A stretch of DNA of 64,000 nt, from contig CM119376.1 in assembly GCA_051294905.1 (NCBI GenBank), positions 24,118,001 to 24,182,000 on the forward strand. Reading direction: 5' to 3'. The stretch is from Botryllus schlosseri. Its lineage: Eukaryota. The translations under genes were made by a program, and so were the position numbers. Of the stretch, positions 24,201-37,600 are shown one piece after another; positions within the stretch are counted from its first letter, which is position 1; each line of letters starts with the position of its first letter. The notes below the pieces were generated by a model. It made no database searches. It worked only from the letters and a program-made list of their open reading frames with translations, and was not told the DNA's origin.

Positions 24201-27200
24201 TGATATATTTATATATCAATCTTATATAAATTCCGTCTATTAAATGTAATAGTTTATGGGGTCATATCACTTGGTAATCACAAATCTTGGTTTGGAAACT
24301 TCTGAAACAAGTTGATTGTTAATTATAATTTGCTGTCCCTTTGTTCTTTTTATTTTCAACCGGTGTTATCTCATAATTCATGTGTTACGTGGTATGAATA
24401 GATCGTTTTTCTCTCGCCGCTGCATCAATCGTCGTTAGTTGATCAGGACATACTAACTGTTGGTAATGACAAGGGCTGTAATTACTCGAGTCATGACTCG
24501 ACTCACGATTTTCTGATGACTCGACTTTACTCGAGTCATTTTCTCAAAATACGGAAATGACTCGACTCGAGTCAACTGTTAAAAGTGAGGAAAATTAGTA
24601 TATTATAAATGCGAACCATTCGATATCACCAACAGAGTTATAAAAAGTGTGTTCAACAAGACTTTAACTGGAAACTGAGCAGTCAACACAATGATTGGAC
24701 TCGAGTCATAATACCATGACTCGGACTCGACCTTCTGCTCGATAACTTGGAGTCGGTGATGAATTGAAAATGACTCGACTTGACTCGAGTCAAAACTATA
24801 AAAATGAGATTGACTTGTGACTCGGAGCCTTGTGACTTGGTTACAACCCTGGTAATCACAACCTCGTCTCGTGGTTGGGTTATATGCAAGAAGTGTAGTC
24901 GTTATTGGTTGTCATTTTGTTGTTCTTTCCTAAATATTGCATGTTGTTATCTCTTACGTACATTAGTTTACATACAAAATATATTGATAGGCATTATTAA
25001 AGTACGTTGTTATATGTGTGCCCGATTGTGTGTGTTTATGAGTTTTTGGGGCTGGCGGGCGTGATCTTTTTCCCGATTGCCCGACATTTGAGCACGGGAT
25101 TTATCAAATTATCCCCCACCACCACTCTGACCCCAACCCTAACGTAATCTGAGAAAACCTTAACCCACACTTTTTTCAACAAGAATAAGTGACGCATGCT
25201 TAAGTGTGCCATGATATAGTGTCACATTCTTATATGCCTAGTAGTAGGGCTGGGCACAATGATTCAAGTACTCGAATCTGAATCGAGTATTAATTTTAAT
25301 GATTCGAGTCGAGTAGTAAAAGACCATTTTTTCGAGTATTGAAATTCTACGCTCCTCGCAACTGAAAGTTAATTTACTAACGAGAATTATAGTTTTGATA
25401 CTATTTTCCACCGAGGAAGCCTTGAAACCTCAATGGCCGTGTCGCAGCATACGAGACATAGTACAAAGCTACGAACGTTACTGGAGATATCACATTTCCG
25501 AATTCGGTGAAATCGGAAATCGGAAAAAAATGAAATCGGTATGGTCGGAAAAATACCAAAGTATCTTTAATGTGACGGATAACAGGCATTATGTTCTTTG
25601 TGGTGGTTTTAAGAGGTACATATTTGAACTTTCATATGGCACATTATGTCGTGACGTCATAATGAGTGATACTCGACTCGACTCGAGGCGTTATACGTGA
25701 TTCAGAATCGAATCACTCAGGTACTCGATTTTGCCCAGCCCTACCTGGTAGGCATTTTCCGTGTAATAAATTCGACCCACTCGATCTGCAGACGTTCCAG
25801 AAAGTTCGCAGCAATCGCATCGACCGCTTCAACAGTCGCGTGGGCAGCTCACGGCGGTCGTCTTTTGCCTTGCCCGGCGGCGCGGGCGAATTCCGCGAAA
25901 AAGTCAACGGCGTGCTGTGTCCGATATGCAACGCGTCGCTGTCGCACTTGAAAAACTACGAGGAGCTGTCGGAACACGTCGTGGCGTGTTCTGGACTAGA
26001 GGTAAAACAGTCGGTACTAGCTCTATCGCCTATTATATTGCGCCGTGCGTACAGACAGAGATGTTCAGTATCGAATTACTTCTGTATTTTCATATTACTG
26101 AAGTACATTTTACATACTTGCACGATATACGCAAGTGATCGTGTTTTAGATTTCTTCCACTTTTTCCAGACATAATTTTAGGCTAAATTTCGTGCGTTTG
26201 GCACTTTGATGGATCCCCGTCTACACCTTGCTTATCTGTACATCAGATTCCACTCCATTGCAACTTTGTAATGTATTCTATTGATTTGCACGGGTGACAA
26301 ATACACATTTTATCGATCTGTCTATATAGGTCTTCGGTCTTTCACGAATGAAACTGGTACACTAACTGGCGAATCAGCCCCGTGTATCACGGTGATGGAA
26401 TGCATTTTCGAAAATTGTAATTGTAATTTATAGTGCCATTAGTTATCTTGCGTTAGTTGCGAAGACGCGTGTTGCAATTCCAAACTGTTAGACCAGTGGT
26501 TTCCAACCTTTATCGACTCATCGCCCCCTTATCAAGCTCGACCATAATTTCCGCCTGTCATATTTACGAATCCGAAAAGAGGACGTATAAACGGGAAATT
26601 TGCTCACCTAACTCTGAGATCGCCGGTGAATTGGGTAGGAAAAAATTCTCGCTTTTTCGAGACTTTTTGTTTGGTCAACTTTCGGTTCATATGCAGAATA
26701 GGCCGTCTTGGCGTTCATTTTTTAGCCGTGTTAATTAAATATATCTCACTGGAGGTTTTAATACGTTCACCCCCCCCCCCCCCCCTATCGCCTTGACGGT
26801 TACCCGTGAACTCGGCATTAGCAGTGTAATGACTATTATTGTTACGAAGGCGATGCATCAATGCTGTATTAATAAATTCGAAAATGAATATAACACAGAA
26901 TATTAGTGTTGATTTTGATATATGTCACTTCACTTGGCATGTATGTATTAATGTAATCACTAATCAGGTTAGGTTATGTTTAAGGGTGGAGGTTAGGGTT
27001 AGGGTTAGAATTAGTAGTCGCCAAGTGACAAATTCAACATTCCGACCCTGATGTGCGTTGAAGTATTCTCTCGTCTCCCGACAGAACGGGGCCGAAGGCC
27101 CGACGGGTCGGTCGGGATCTGTGTCGCCTACGACGGTCGACGTCGACGGCGGCGGGTTCGAGGAGTACGAGTGGTGCGGCGAGACGAGGATACGCGCCAC

Positions 27201-28861
27201 CTCGCTCGTGAATCGCGAGCTGCTGGAAGGCGCTCCCGGTTTTCACGTGATCAAACACGACGACGAGACCGATCAGGTATAGTGTTTACGCTTTTGCGCG
27301 CGTAACCAACCTCCGTTTGATAGGGTACCTGGCTTGGAGTTCAGAGCACAGCGAAAATAAGTTCAGCCTTTCCAAATTTTATCAGAATTAGAATTATCAA
27401 GGTCAGTACATATCGAATCAGATTTCATTCTCGTCAGTATGAGAATAGCAATTGTATCTACGCTAAGCTTGGCTCGCTTCGCACTATGCGGTTTCTTCGT
27501 AGCATTTTCAGAATAACCAGAATTTTGATTAGAATTAGAATCACGGCTGGAAACTTTTCACAAATTAGATTAGATATAAATTACTCGCATTTCGCTCTGA
27601 TCGGTGTAATTAGAGCGAAAGCACTGTAATCTGCTTGTCCGGGTCCAAGTTGTATGTATCTACTATGCACAGATCGTGTGTACTGTATGTGTATTCGGTG
27701 TGTGGCCGCAAAAAAAATCAAGGACATCATTTACAACGCTGTTTCACTACATCTGCGGCCTGGAGGTTGTTGTACAATTGTACATTGATGTAGGCTCGCC
27801 CTGCCATAATTTCTGGCGTAGTTCGTTGATCATTGTTGATCGCCATTATCCTTGCATCGTGATCAACTCGTCTAGGACTTGGACGTGGAATCCGACGAGA
27901 CGCGTGACTTCGGATCGACGCAATTCACCGACGATGACCTTTTGCCCGTGGCTGCGAGCGACGACGAACCGCGGAACGGCGATATAGCAGCTCGTGACGA
28001 AAGGTGGGTGATGTCGAGTAGCTCGTTTGTACGGCACTGTGGCAGTGCATTTGATGAAACTAACACTCCGTCCGGTCGTTATGACAAATTTACTCGCAAA
28101 TGTGATACGAACCAACCCAAAACTACTCTTTAGTTTGCAAAATCTAAGGGGTAAAACTAAGTAGTTTTGCCAACTAAAAGCGTTCAAACAGAAGTGGAAG
28201 TATTCAAAAGACGCAACCACTCGGGTTAGTAGCACAAGTAAGCAAAACCTATACTTGAGTACTCCTAAAATGTAGTACGCCTCTGAGTGCGTGCAGTTAT
28301 AGTTTCGTTCCCGTTATCAGTATAGATATATACATGTAGGTTTTACTATGGTCATGAGTTTCCATGCTTCCATTAGAGTCATCGTTTATATTCTCGCTAG
28401 TTTCCTTGTCTAAAATAAAGCGCATCGCATAGGCGTAAACCATATAGCACAAGGCTAAAGGCAGGAATTGATGCAGTGTACGCAATACAGAGTCATTCCG
28501 CATTGCCTACTTCTCAGGCCCATGACAGCGCCCTGCTCTCAACAAGGATGCTCTGACGAGTCATGCTCACCTACGCTGGTGACTAAGGCGCTTCGCATGA
28601 AAATCCACGACTTGGAAACCTCACAACCTAACCGTTGCCTGATTTGCATGGTGAGCGCGGGAACGGTACCGTAATCATAGGCGGCGGCGTGAAATTATTG
28701 TTAATTGATTCCAGAGTCCGTACGAAAGCCCGCTCGTGTCGATACAGTGCTGGCACGTCCACTGCAAGAAATGCTGGCTTCGAGCGCTCGGCGTGAAAAA
28801 GCTCTGCCCGCAATGCAACATGATAACTCCTGCGTCGCAGCTGCGCAGAATATATTTGTGA
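21203..28861 (+). CDS. RNF220: E3 ubiquitin ligase RNF220 (securely supported exons)
   Basis: Exons 21203-21320, 22474-22531, 22589-22678, 25792-26001, 27085-27276, 27876-28003, 28518-28650, 28715-28861 are phase-consistent. Motifs CPVCGITVRASELKQH, TFQKVRSNR, FEEYEWCGETRIRATSL, and C-terminal RING CLICM...SIQCWHVHCKKCWLRALGVKKLCPQCNMIT...LRRIYL*. Confidence 0.93.
22000..22291. mobile_element. MITE with TAGGGCGATTTTTT termini
   Basis: TAGGGCGATTTTTTTGAC...GTCAAAAAATCGCCCTA inverted termini in an RNF220 intron; TSD unclear. Confidence 0.7.
24471..24851. mobile_element. hAT MITE, GACTCGAGTC family
   Basis: Termini (C/A)AGGGCTGTAAT...GTTACAACCCTG; TSD GTAATGAC/GTAATCAC (1 mismatch). Confidence 0.85.
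25245..25743. mobile_element. hAT MITE with TAGGGCTGGGCA termini
   Basis: TAGGGCTGGGCAC...TTGCCCAGCCCTA; TSD CCTAGTAG/CCTGGTAG. A second, interrupted copy lies at 31180-32980. Confidence 0.85.
26985..27012 (+). repeat. Short interstitial telomere-like (TTAGGG) tract
   Basis: GGTTAGGGTTAGGGTTAG in a G-rich context. Degenerate CCCTAA runs also occur at 25125-25170, 56530-56676, 57218-57240 and 63305-63358. Confidence 0.55.
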
Positions 28862-29398
28862 CAGCGGCTCTTACTCAAGGGCTGATACCAGTGAATGTTA
28901 ATGAATTGACGGTTCCGATGTCAAGATTCGCGGGGCTCTTCTGATGTTCCGTGTCGGTGAATTTGTGAATTGTGAACCGAGTCGGCTGTTTCGTAGCTAC
29001 TATATTCGTTGTATTGCACCCGTGGGTTTGGTCCGTCTTTCGATATTTTGACGTTTATTTATTATTTTGATTGAATATTGTGAACTATTCTACCTATCAA
29101 TGCATCAAATATAAAAATGAGATTGAGTAATTGCTTGTCCGGTGCCGCTGTGGAGCCGTGCGAATGCGTAAGGGATTCGTGGTTAGCGTAAAATAACGTG
29201 TGCCAGTTAAGTGGTTGCGGATATGCGCCTTTAGAAATCACCGTTTATACAGCTTGCAGCCATGGTTCTTCCAGTCTGAAGTATTTGGGTGTGTTGTAAA
29301 TGATCGCAATATGATCATGATCATGCAGGTAGGCCTACGATTGCTCTTGATCAACGACGCTGTATGGATTGAAAATGTAGGGTATGTGTATTGTGTAC

Positions 29399-30006
29399 TG
29401 TTCGAACTATAGAAATTAAACATGGAACGGCAACGACCGATTTTGCAGCTTCGTTCCGCTCCGCCGAGGCTGGAGTGGAGAGTGGTTTTGCGTAAGCGAC
29501 TGTAGGATTTCTGGCAATCCAAAAGCTATCTTCCCGAGCACAGAAATTATTAAATATGGTCTTGATCGAAAGCCACTGTTGCACCGATTCCGAAAATATA
29601 AATTAAAATAATGATCAGGCACTGATCCACCTAGAATCCGTCCTCAAAGTCGAAATATCGGCATTGTTCGAACAATCGGAGAGTCGCAACGGGTCATTGT
29701 TACGGCCATTGTGTTGCGGTTACCCGATTGTTCTGAACAATGCCTATATTTCAGACTTGGAGGACAGATTCTAGGTGGATCAGTGCCTGATCATTATTTA
29801 AATTTATATTTTCGGAATCGGTGCAACAGTAGCTTTCGATCGAAACCAGATTCAATAATTTCTGGGCTCGGGAAGATAGCTTTTGGATTGCTAGAAATCC
29901 TACAGTCGCTTACGCAAAACCACTCTCCTCTCCAGCCTCTGCGAAGCGGAACGAAGCTGCAAAATCGGTCGTTGCCGTTCCATGTTTAATTTCTATAGTT
30001 CGAACA
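29399..30006. mobile_element. ~608-bp foldback element downstream of the RNF220 stop codon
   Basis: TGTTCGAACTATAGAAATT...AATTTCTATAGTTCGAACA; arms ~285 bp at roughly 94% identity by eye; loop about 35 nt; no clear TSD. Confidence 0.85.
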
Positions 30007-30086
30007 CTCTAAACGCGATGAAATATCAAGAATACGGATTGGGCTTACCATATAATAGTCTGCTGCAATACTCATGAGCATTTGAG

Positions 30087-30278
30087 CAATCTTCCCTCAA
30101 ATTTTTGACGGGTCTGCGCACACTTATCAACTTACTGCGCAGACCCTTGGACAACAGTGCGTAGCATAGCAACTAGAAAAAAAGGTCATCACTTCGGATT
30201 TTTTGTGCGCAACGTAGATTTTCTGTGCGCAGAGACCGTGTCAGCACTGCGCACGTGCGCAGCTTAGAGGGAACATTG
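30087..30278. mobile_element. hAT-type MITE, same family as 1-101
   Basis: CAATCTTCCCTCAAA...CTTAGAGGGAACATTG termini; the right half is near-identical to 1-101. Confidence 0.75.
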
Positions 30279-31179
30279 CTTATAAGTGTTGACCACCGTC
30301 CTACTTCTAAGTTCTGAACATGCATGACTGAGTCCGTATGCTATTCATTCCGCCGGGGCTGTTATTTTGGTGCTTGCGATGTTGCGACTACTGTGGTGGT
30401 CACTGGTCGGTCATAGCAATTTTACGACATGCGCATATGGTGACTGGTGAGCTGCCGACTTCCAGCTCGGATCACTTTCGTTCTGGGCTTTTGTAAGGCA
30501 CCGTTTGCGCGGATCTGCTGGCGAACTATTGAAGTGAGGATGTCGTAGTATACAACACACTTGTGTAACAAGTTTTAATAGTGTAGAATTCCGTAAAAAA
30601 GAGACGCCTAATCGGTGGTTTCGTATGCTTTCACAAAGTTTGGCTGTTGTTGTTTGTGGTATTCATGGTGTTTGTCGACTACAATGGCTTGCATCAAAAG
30701 CCCACTTCTAGGCTTTTGTAAGACACCGCTGACGCGGATGGGATGGCGAGGAGGAGCCTAGTGGAGTCGGACTCGGCTGTGGATTATAGCACTAGGCCAT
30801 TTCGTCAAGTTTGAGATATTGACGTATTAATTAAAACGATTACCACATAATATACAAACGAACAAATGCAACAGCGATTTTATACTAACAATACGACCGC
30901 CGGCGCCGGCCTCGTTAAGCCAAAGGTGATAGCCTGTAGCTGTCGAAGTGTCGATGCAACTTATTGCAAGGCACGCTGGTATAGTGCTCGGTTGGAGTCG
31001 AGCACTAGCCGACTGACTAATGACCGCTCTGATTTCTCTTGCAATCCCGATCACACGCAGATCCAAGGAGCTTTCTTTATTGACACAGAACAGCCGAATA
31101 GTAGTAGCCTATATAGTAGTCAGAAACTTGTAGATTTACCAGGATCAAATCATACTGCAATATATCAACAAATATAGAA

Positions 31180-32980
31180 AGTATTAATTTTAATGATTCG
31201 AATCGAGTAGTAAAATACGATTTTTCGTGTACTGAAATTATACGCTCCCCGCAACTGAAAGCTAATTTACTAATGACAATTATAGTTTCGATACCATTTT
31301 CCACTGGGGAAGCCTTGAAATCTTGATTGGCCGTGTCGCAGCACACGAGACATAGTACAAACTACAAAGCTAAGAACGTTAGTGCAGGGGTTCTCAACCT
31401 GGGGGGCGCGGGAGGCTCTAAGGGGGGGGCGAGAAATTGACGAAGTCAGTATAGGGGGAGGGGCGCAAGAAATTGACAAAGTCAGTATAAATTGTACGTG
31501 TCTGAACATGTGTTTCACATCCATTATGAGAAGACGATTAATGAAGATGAAATTTATTCCATATTCAAGAAAGCTTGCAAAATACAAACTCTAGCAACCG
31601 CGCTCAACGGAGTCTGATTTCAACTTCATTTGAGCAAATTTTTGAAATTCTTTGGAGATATACAGAGCAATTCCCACGTGTAAGTCATTCATTGCTTCAT
31701 AGCGTTGACAGTAGCCTAAAACTTGTTGCGCTGGGCAGCTCTTGTTAGTAGCTTGCGAACTGCACTGCCTAAGACAGACTTAGATGCAACATAGGTTGCC
31801 CGGTTTCGCCCTCAAGTAGGCTATAAATCAACACAATTTAATTAATTTCCAAAACTGATCAAATTTAGCCTGGCAGGACAGAACGACGCCTTGCTCTCTG
31901 TACTCACTACCAGCATCAGGATTAGTTTAAGGGTGACCTACCTTGAAATTAATTAATGGATGTCTTGTTTAATTATTTTTTGTTATTTTCAAACAAGTTT
32001 GGAGAAATTTGTTAGCAATGTAAAAGACTCAACAACTGGGATGCAGATTCAAAATTGGCGTAAGATATATCTTATGTATAGATCAGGGGTGGGCAGCCTG
32101 CGGCCGTAGAAGGGAATTTGAGCGGCCGTCGACGCCTAATTCAATTAGTATGTGTTGGCGGCCGTAGACATGCAAATTGCAATTACGAATTCACTCCCGC
32201 ATTTTCGAGAGATTTTAACTAATCTTGAAATTTTCTTCGCCCTCCGCGCGATTCAACAAGACTTAATTTTTCGATTTTAATGCAGTAGCGCCCTTCTTAA
32301 TCTGAGCCGGAATGGGAATTGGCAAGAAATAACAATTCGTTCGCGGCCCTGAAAAATTTTCGCGCTCCGCGCGACAATCTGCACCTTCCGGCAACTATTC
32401 ATAACATTGCCACTCGCGATTTGGGTGCGTACAATAGGCCATTGTGAAAAGTAGAATAGTCCGGAGTTCACCGGGAATGGATATGGACAGTTTACCATAG
32501 GAATTTTGCGTCCAGATCGTTCATTGCGGCTATGCCCTGGAATGCGGCCTTACGCTACATAAGCAATCGAAATGCGGCCATGATTATCAAAAACGTTGCC
32601 CACCTCTGTATTAGATGATGTGCTGTTTTTGACATGACGATAAATGCAAGGGGGTAAGGGGGGCGCGATTTTTTTGACCATCTCCAAGGGGGGCGCGTGT
32701 CAAAAAAGGTTGAGAACCACTGCGTTAGTGGAAATAACACATTACCGAAGTCATGATCATCCCACAACAGTGCCATGAAATCGGTATTGTCGAAAAAATA
32801 CCGAAATATCTTTGATGCGATTGATAAGGCATTATGTACTTTGTGGTGGCATGAAAGGTACATATTTGAACTTTGTCATAGTACATTCTGTTGTGACGTC
32901 ATAATGAGTTATGATCGACTCGAATCGTAATACGTGATTCAGAATCGAATCACTCGGGTACTCGATTTCGCCCAGCCATA
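31180..32980. mobile_element. Three-level nest: TAGGGCTGGGC-family MITE containing a CAGGGGTTCTCAACC element (31385-32722), which contains a CAGGGGTGGGCA element (32084-32608)
   Basis: The outer halves rejoin to match 25245-25743. The middle element has a perfect TSD CGTTAGTG (31377-31384 / 32723-32730). The inner element has CAGGGGTGGGC...GCCCACCTCTG termini and an imperfect TSD. Confidence 0.85.
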
Positions 32981-34659
32981 TATTATATATACGACTCTGC
33001 GAATGAAGCGCGAGCACGCCCGCTACACTTGGCGATCTCTCAAAGCATGTGTTCTCAGTCAGACTACTTCGTCAATAAGATTAAGGTCGGGGGAAATGAG
33101 GTTGGGTACAGGGGTGCGTGGGAAGATTATTGGCACCCTGCTGAGACAGCTGCTACAAAAGGCTTCATTCAAATCAAGACACCACAGAATTTCGACACAA
33201 TGACATGATAGAGAGGTATCGAAACGACTTGGAATTCCATAGACTACTCCTTGTCGCTTCGACATCTTCCTGTCTTTTCATTGTATCGCATTTTTGTGGT
33301 GTATTGAACTGATAAAATTGCTAATAAACCAATGATGAATGATGATGATGGAATAGTCTTTGAAATCAGGCACCCACCCGGGCCTAGGCGATGTAAAGGA
33401 GAGGGACGGCGTGCCTGGCACGCACCTTACCCAGCACACTGAATGAAAAGTAACAGAAGAACAAGCGAAAAAAATGAGGTGACATCTGACGGAAGGCGAG
33501 GTCTATATAACATATCGTGGTCCTGTAAACTCGGGCGCTGAGTAGTATTTATCAATTATAATTAGGGTCACCATATTTTGGAATCCGGAATAGAGAGGAC
33601 ACTTTAAAAATCATAAAAAGTAAGTTTTATTAAATTGAAAACAGCTGATTTTGAAATATTTACTAGAAATCTTGTTGTGTTGACTGAAAAAAATGGTCAT
33701 CACATTGACTCAACTTCCGAATTACCCACTTTTTACGATACTTTTGTGGTGTTGACTAAAAAAGGACGTGTGCTTGCTAACCTTATTCATAATTGGTATC
33801 CAGAGCTTAGTTCATGGTTGCTGAGCGCAAAACTACGATAAAACAAAGTGACGAAACAATGAATAAAGGGATGAATGACGTGAAAGAGTAGCAGTCAATA
33901 ATTAAAGTGCAGGCTACTATAGGAAATTTATAGACATTATAGAAGGCTGGATGAATTGTCATACACAGCCTACGTCCAGACGACGTAGTAGTCCAGTGGT
34001 TCTCAGCCTTTTTGTCTTCGCGGGCCCCTTTTTGACCATCACAGACCCCGCGAAGCCCATCAGGTTTTAGTTCAATTATCATGCAACTGTCATCTGTCTT
34101 GTCGAAATAATAACTGTAGGCTTGTGATTAACAGCAACAAAATGACTTATCTTGAAAATAACATCAAGTGTAGAAATTGGGTAGATTTTTGTTACTTCAA
34201 AGCGAATTTTGCAGCTGTATTTCTTCAAGTACGACGACCATGTATTGACAATCCGCGTCTTCGATTTGTTATGAACGATTGCCGAAAATCCATTGCCACA
34301 AAGATAGGTGGAGTCGAATGTAATACAAACGCGTGACGCTTCCGATGACACTTTCGTATGGCCGCAAAATGAGGCACCAATATTGAGAAACATGTTTTCA
34401 ATGAACATATCACGCCTAGTCATTTTATCATCTTGAAGTTATTCTGGAATATTGGTCATATAGGCCTATATCACAGCAGAGGATTTCGTAGCAACATTTC
34501 AATCCCTTATGGCTTATTGGGACAGATTAAGAAAAAACTTCAGGAATTTCGATTTCAAACGACTGCTGTGAGTCCTGAGGCTTTAGCAATTGTGGAGCGA
34601 AACTGCCTCGCGCTTTCCCTGATTTAACATAGTTACAAATTAGGCTATCAATCATTCAT

Positions 34660-37600
34660 TCATTCGCGGACCCCCCGAATGTGCTTCGCGGACCTTCGGT
34701 TGAGAACCGCTGTTGTAGTCAAATTCAAGCCGCTATCATTAAAATTATCTTCTCTTCGATTGACCTTGAAGAAATCGTACCGACTTGGTATATATTCCTT
34801 CTTGAACAACCATCGGGACATGTATGAAACAACCACAGTCGTCGTAAAAGTCATTAGCATGGCAAATGTCTTGACAGGGAAATTTCTGCCGCCAATATAA
34901 TTGAAGGTGGGAGGTAAGTCAAGCAGATATTCTCCAGCTCCGATTCGAAGAGTAAGTCCTATCACGATTCCACAGATAGTTCCGTAAGCATTGGTGTTGA
35001 GATACAGAGAACACACGAACTGGCAAGGAAATTTATATGATTATAATTTACAAACAGCAATTCAACACGTCTAATTTTTACGCTGAGGCATTTCACGCAT
35101 ATTATCACATGTGTGCAAAAACAGATGTCCTTAAAACAGGGTCGCTTAATAAATCAATCCACGCATCAATCAGAACAACCCGAGAGTGTCAGAGTCAATT
35201 AGAGAGATACCAAAGGTATAGAAAAGGAAAAGGGTTATTTTCATTGCATCATCGAGGTACTGGGTCGATGGACAATTGGACATTCAATTGAATGCAATTT
35301 CATCATTTCAATACGCCACAAGTGCGTGCGAGGTTATCACGTCAGCACAAGCATTTTCCCTCTCCTTTGTGGCCTACTGACTACAAGCACCGTGCTGACG
35401 TTTTTAGTCTTCACGTCATAATATCAGTAGCCTATACTATTTAGTCACTTTTTAAAGATTCCCTAGATTTGCAGAGATTTTCTTTTCTACTCAAATTTGC
35501 TTCCCATATGTATCACGAGATTTTCACGAACGACGATAACTCACTTGAGGCCAAGTCAGCAGGTACGTCAGGTCGCAGCATAGAATGTACAATATCATGA
35601 TTGACTTCACTTTGATGGCGATAGTTGCGGAACCGACCCCGAAAAATACAATTGCTGCTCTTATCGCCCATGTAATTTCCCGCTCAGATGCCTGTATTGA
35701 AACGCAACACAGCATCACTGCATCATCAACAATAAGAAGCACTGTGTGTGTAGTCTTGGATTCGCGGGCTATTCTAAGGATACCTTTTATGCTTTGATTT
35801 GATTACCGGCATTTCCATGGGCAAGAGCAATATGCAATATGCATACGATCAATAAGCATCAACGTGCCCTATAGCTGTCGAGATATAGATATTGATATAG
35901 GCTACTACGTATGGCAGTACATCTCACCATCACCGAAGGACACGAATGTTATTATCATTATTAGAAGTTTTGGGTGGCACTTATCACCTGTCATGTAGGG
36001 GCAACATATTTTGGAATCTGGAAAGAAGGAAAATTTTTTCAAATTATAAGAGTTAGTACACCGAAATTGGAAACAGCTGACTTTGAAATATTTACTGTAA
36101 ATCTTGTTGTGTTGACAAAAAAAGGTCAGCACTTTGACTCGACTCGATACTTTGATTTGAAATCTCAAATTTTGAACATCAATAACTTCGTTTCTACTGG
36201 TTCGAATTGAGTCAAATTTGTTGTGCATCGTTTTTTTGTTCATACAATCTAACAATTTCATGGGGTAGCCAGTAAAATTTGAAGAACAATTATATTTATT
36301 TTTATTAAGGGGGCACACCTCTTTAAAAATGATTTTTTTAGGTGTTCACGTTTGTAGTCATAAATTCGTAAAGGTAGATGCGAGCCCCATGATTCATGCA
36401 TTGCTGGAAAGGGCAGGAAATTTCCTTTCCAAATATGGTCTTTATGTTGTACCATGAGCATGTACCCCACCGGTACACTTACTCAAAAAAACATGAAAAT
36501 ATTGAACACGCGTATTAAAAATCCTAAAAACTCAGAAGTCTTTCAAGATTTTCTTTCAAATATTGCTGTAGTAATAGTACATATATATATCTACAAAACA
36601 ATTGAGGGATTTTCAAAAATAGGTTTTCTAACAAAATTTATGATATTTTTTGTCAGCGAACCCTAAATTTTCATTTTTTTCAAAATTCTTTCCTCTGTAA
36701 AAATTTTTCTGGACAAAATTTCTTGAAAACGCTCAATTATTTTATTATACATACCCTAACCATCATTTGTGCAAAATTTCAGATGAATCGAACAAGCAGG
36801 TGCCAAGCAGATACAATTTTTGTGCAGAAAAAGTGTATTTTGAGAAAATCGCGTTTGAAAAAATAAAACCACTATAACTTCGAAAAACAAGGATATGAAC
36901 ACTGATCATGACATCAATGGCCACATTAGTTGATTTGCATCACACATTGAACCATATATAACACAACCTGAGCATTAATAGCCGCCAGGCACATAGTCTG
37001 ATGTGTCTTAGGACTCTTGAACTCTTTCAATTTTTCACAACGAAAGAGCGTCGAGATGCAGTCTTTCTTTTTTTGTCCTTCAAACCAGCTTGATTTTTTT
37101 GAAGGTGTTCACTGGCAAGTTTAGGCTTTCAAGAACACTCAAGTATCCACTACATCCAATATTCCAGTTCAGTACGGACGTAGCTACAGCACGTTTTACT
37201 GCCATAGTTCATAAGTACGTTTTCTTCGGGTACCTTGTCCCTATGGTCACGACGAATGACTCATTTTGGGTTTTGGTGAATTCACCAATGCATCTTTCCA
37301 TTTCAAAGATTCTTCTAAAACTCTAAATTTCCTTGATCGACTCATTCTAGGCAAATTGATAGCTAGAAATGAAAACCAATCCAAGACAGTTATCCAGATA
37401 CAATAAATATTACCCAATATTGTCAGTCAGCAGTCAATGAATAAAAACAGATGAAATAGGAAAACACACAACCTCCATCTCGACCATTTCCTTGGTACTG
37501 AATCAATGAAGCAGCCAAGTATATGAAAGCAGACATGCTAGAACACTTATTTATAAACATACAATAAATACTAGCCAATATGGTCAGTTATCAGTCAACA

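Noticed and set aside
22679-24460. Repeat-poor, CpG-containing RNF220 intron as conserved enhancers
   Set aside because: Plausible, but it cannot be supported without cross-species alignment or chromatin data.
25900-26001. Extra C2HC zinc knuckle (CPICNASL...EHVVAC) in RNF220 as a novel domain
   Set aside because: As I recall, vertebrate RNF220 isoforms carry a comparable CPLC...HVEHC motif at this position, so it is probably not new.
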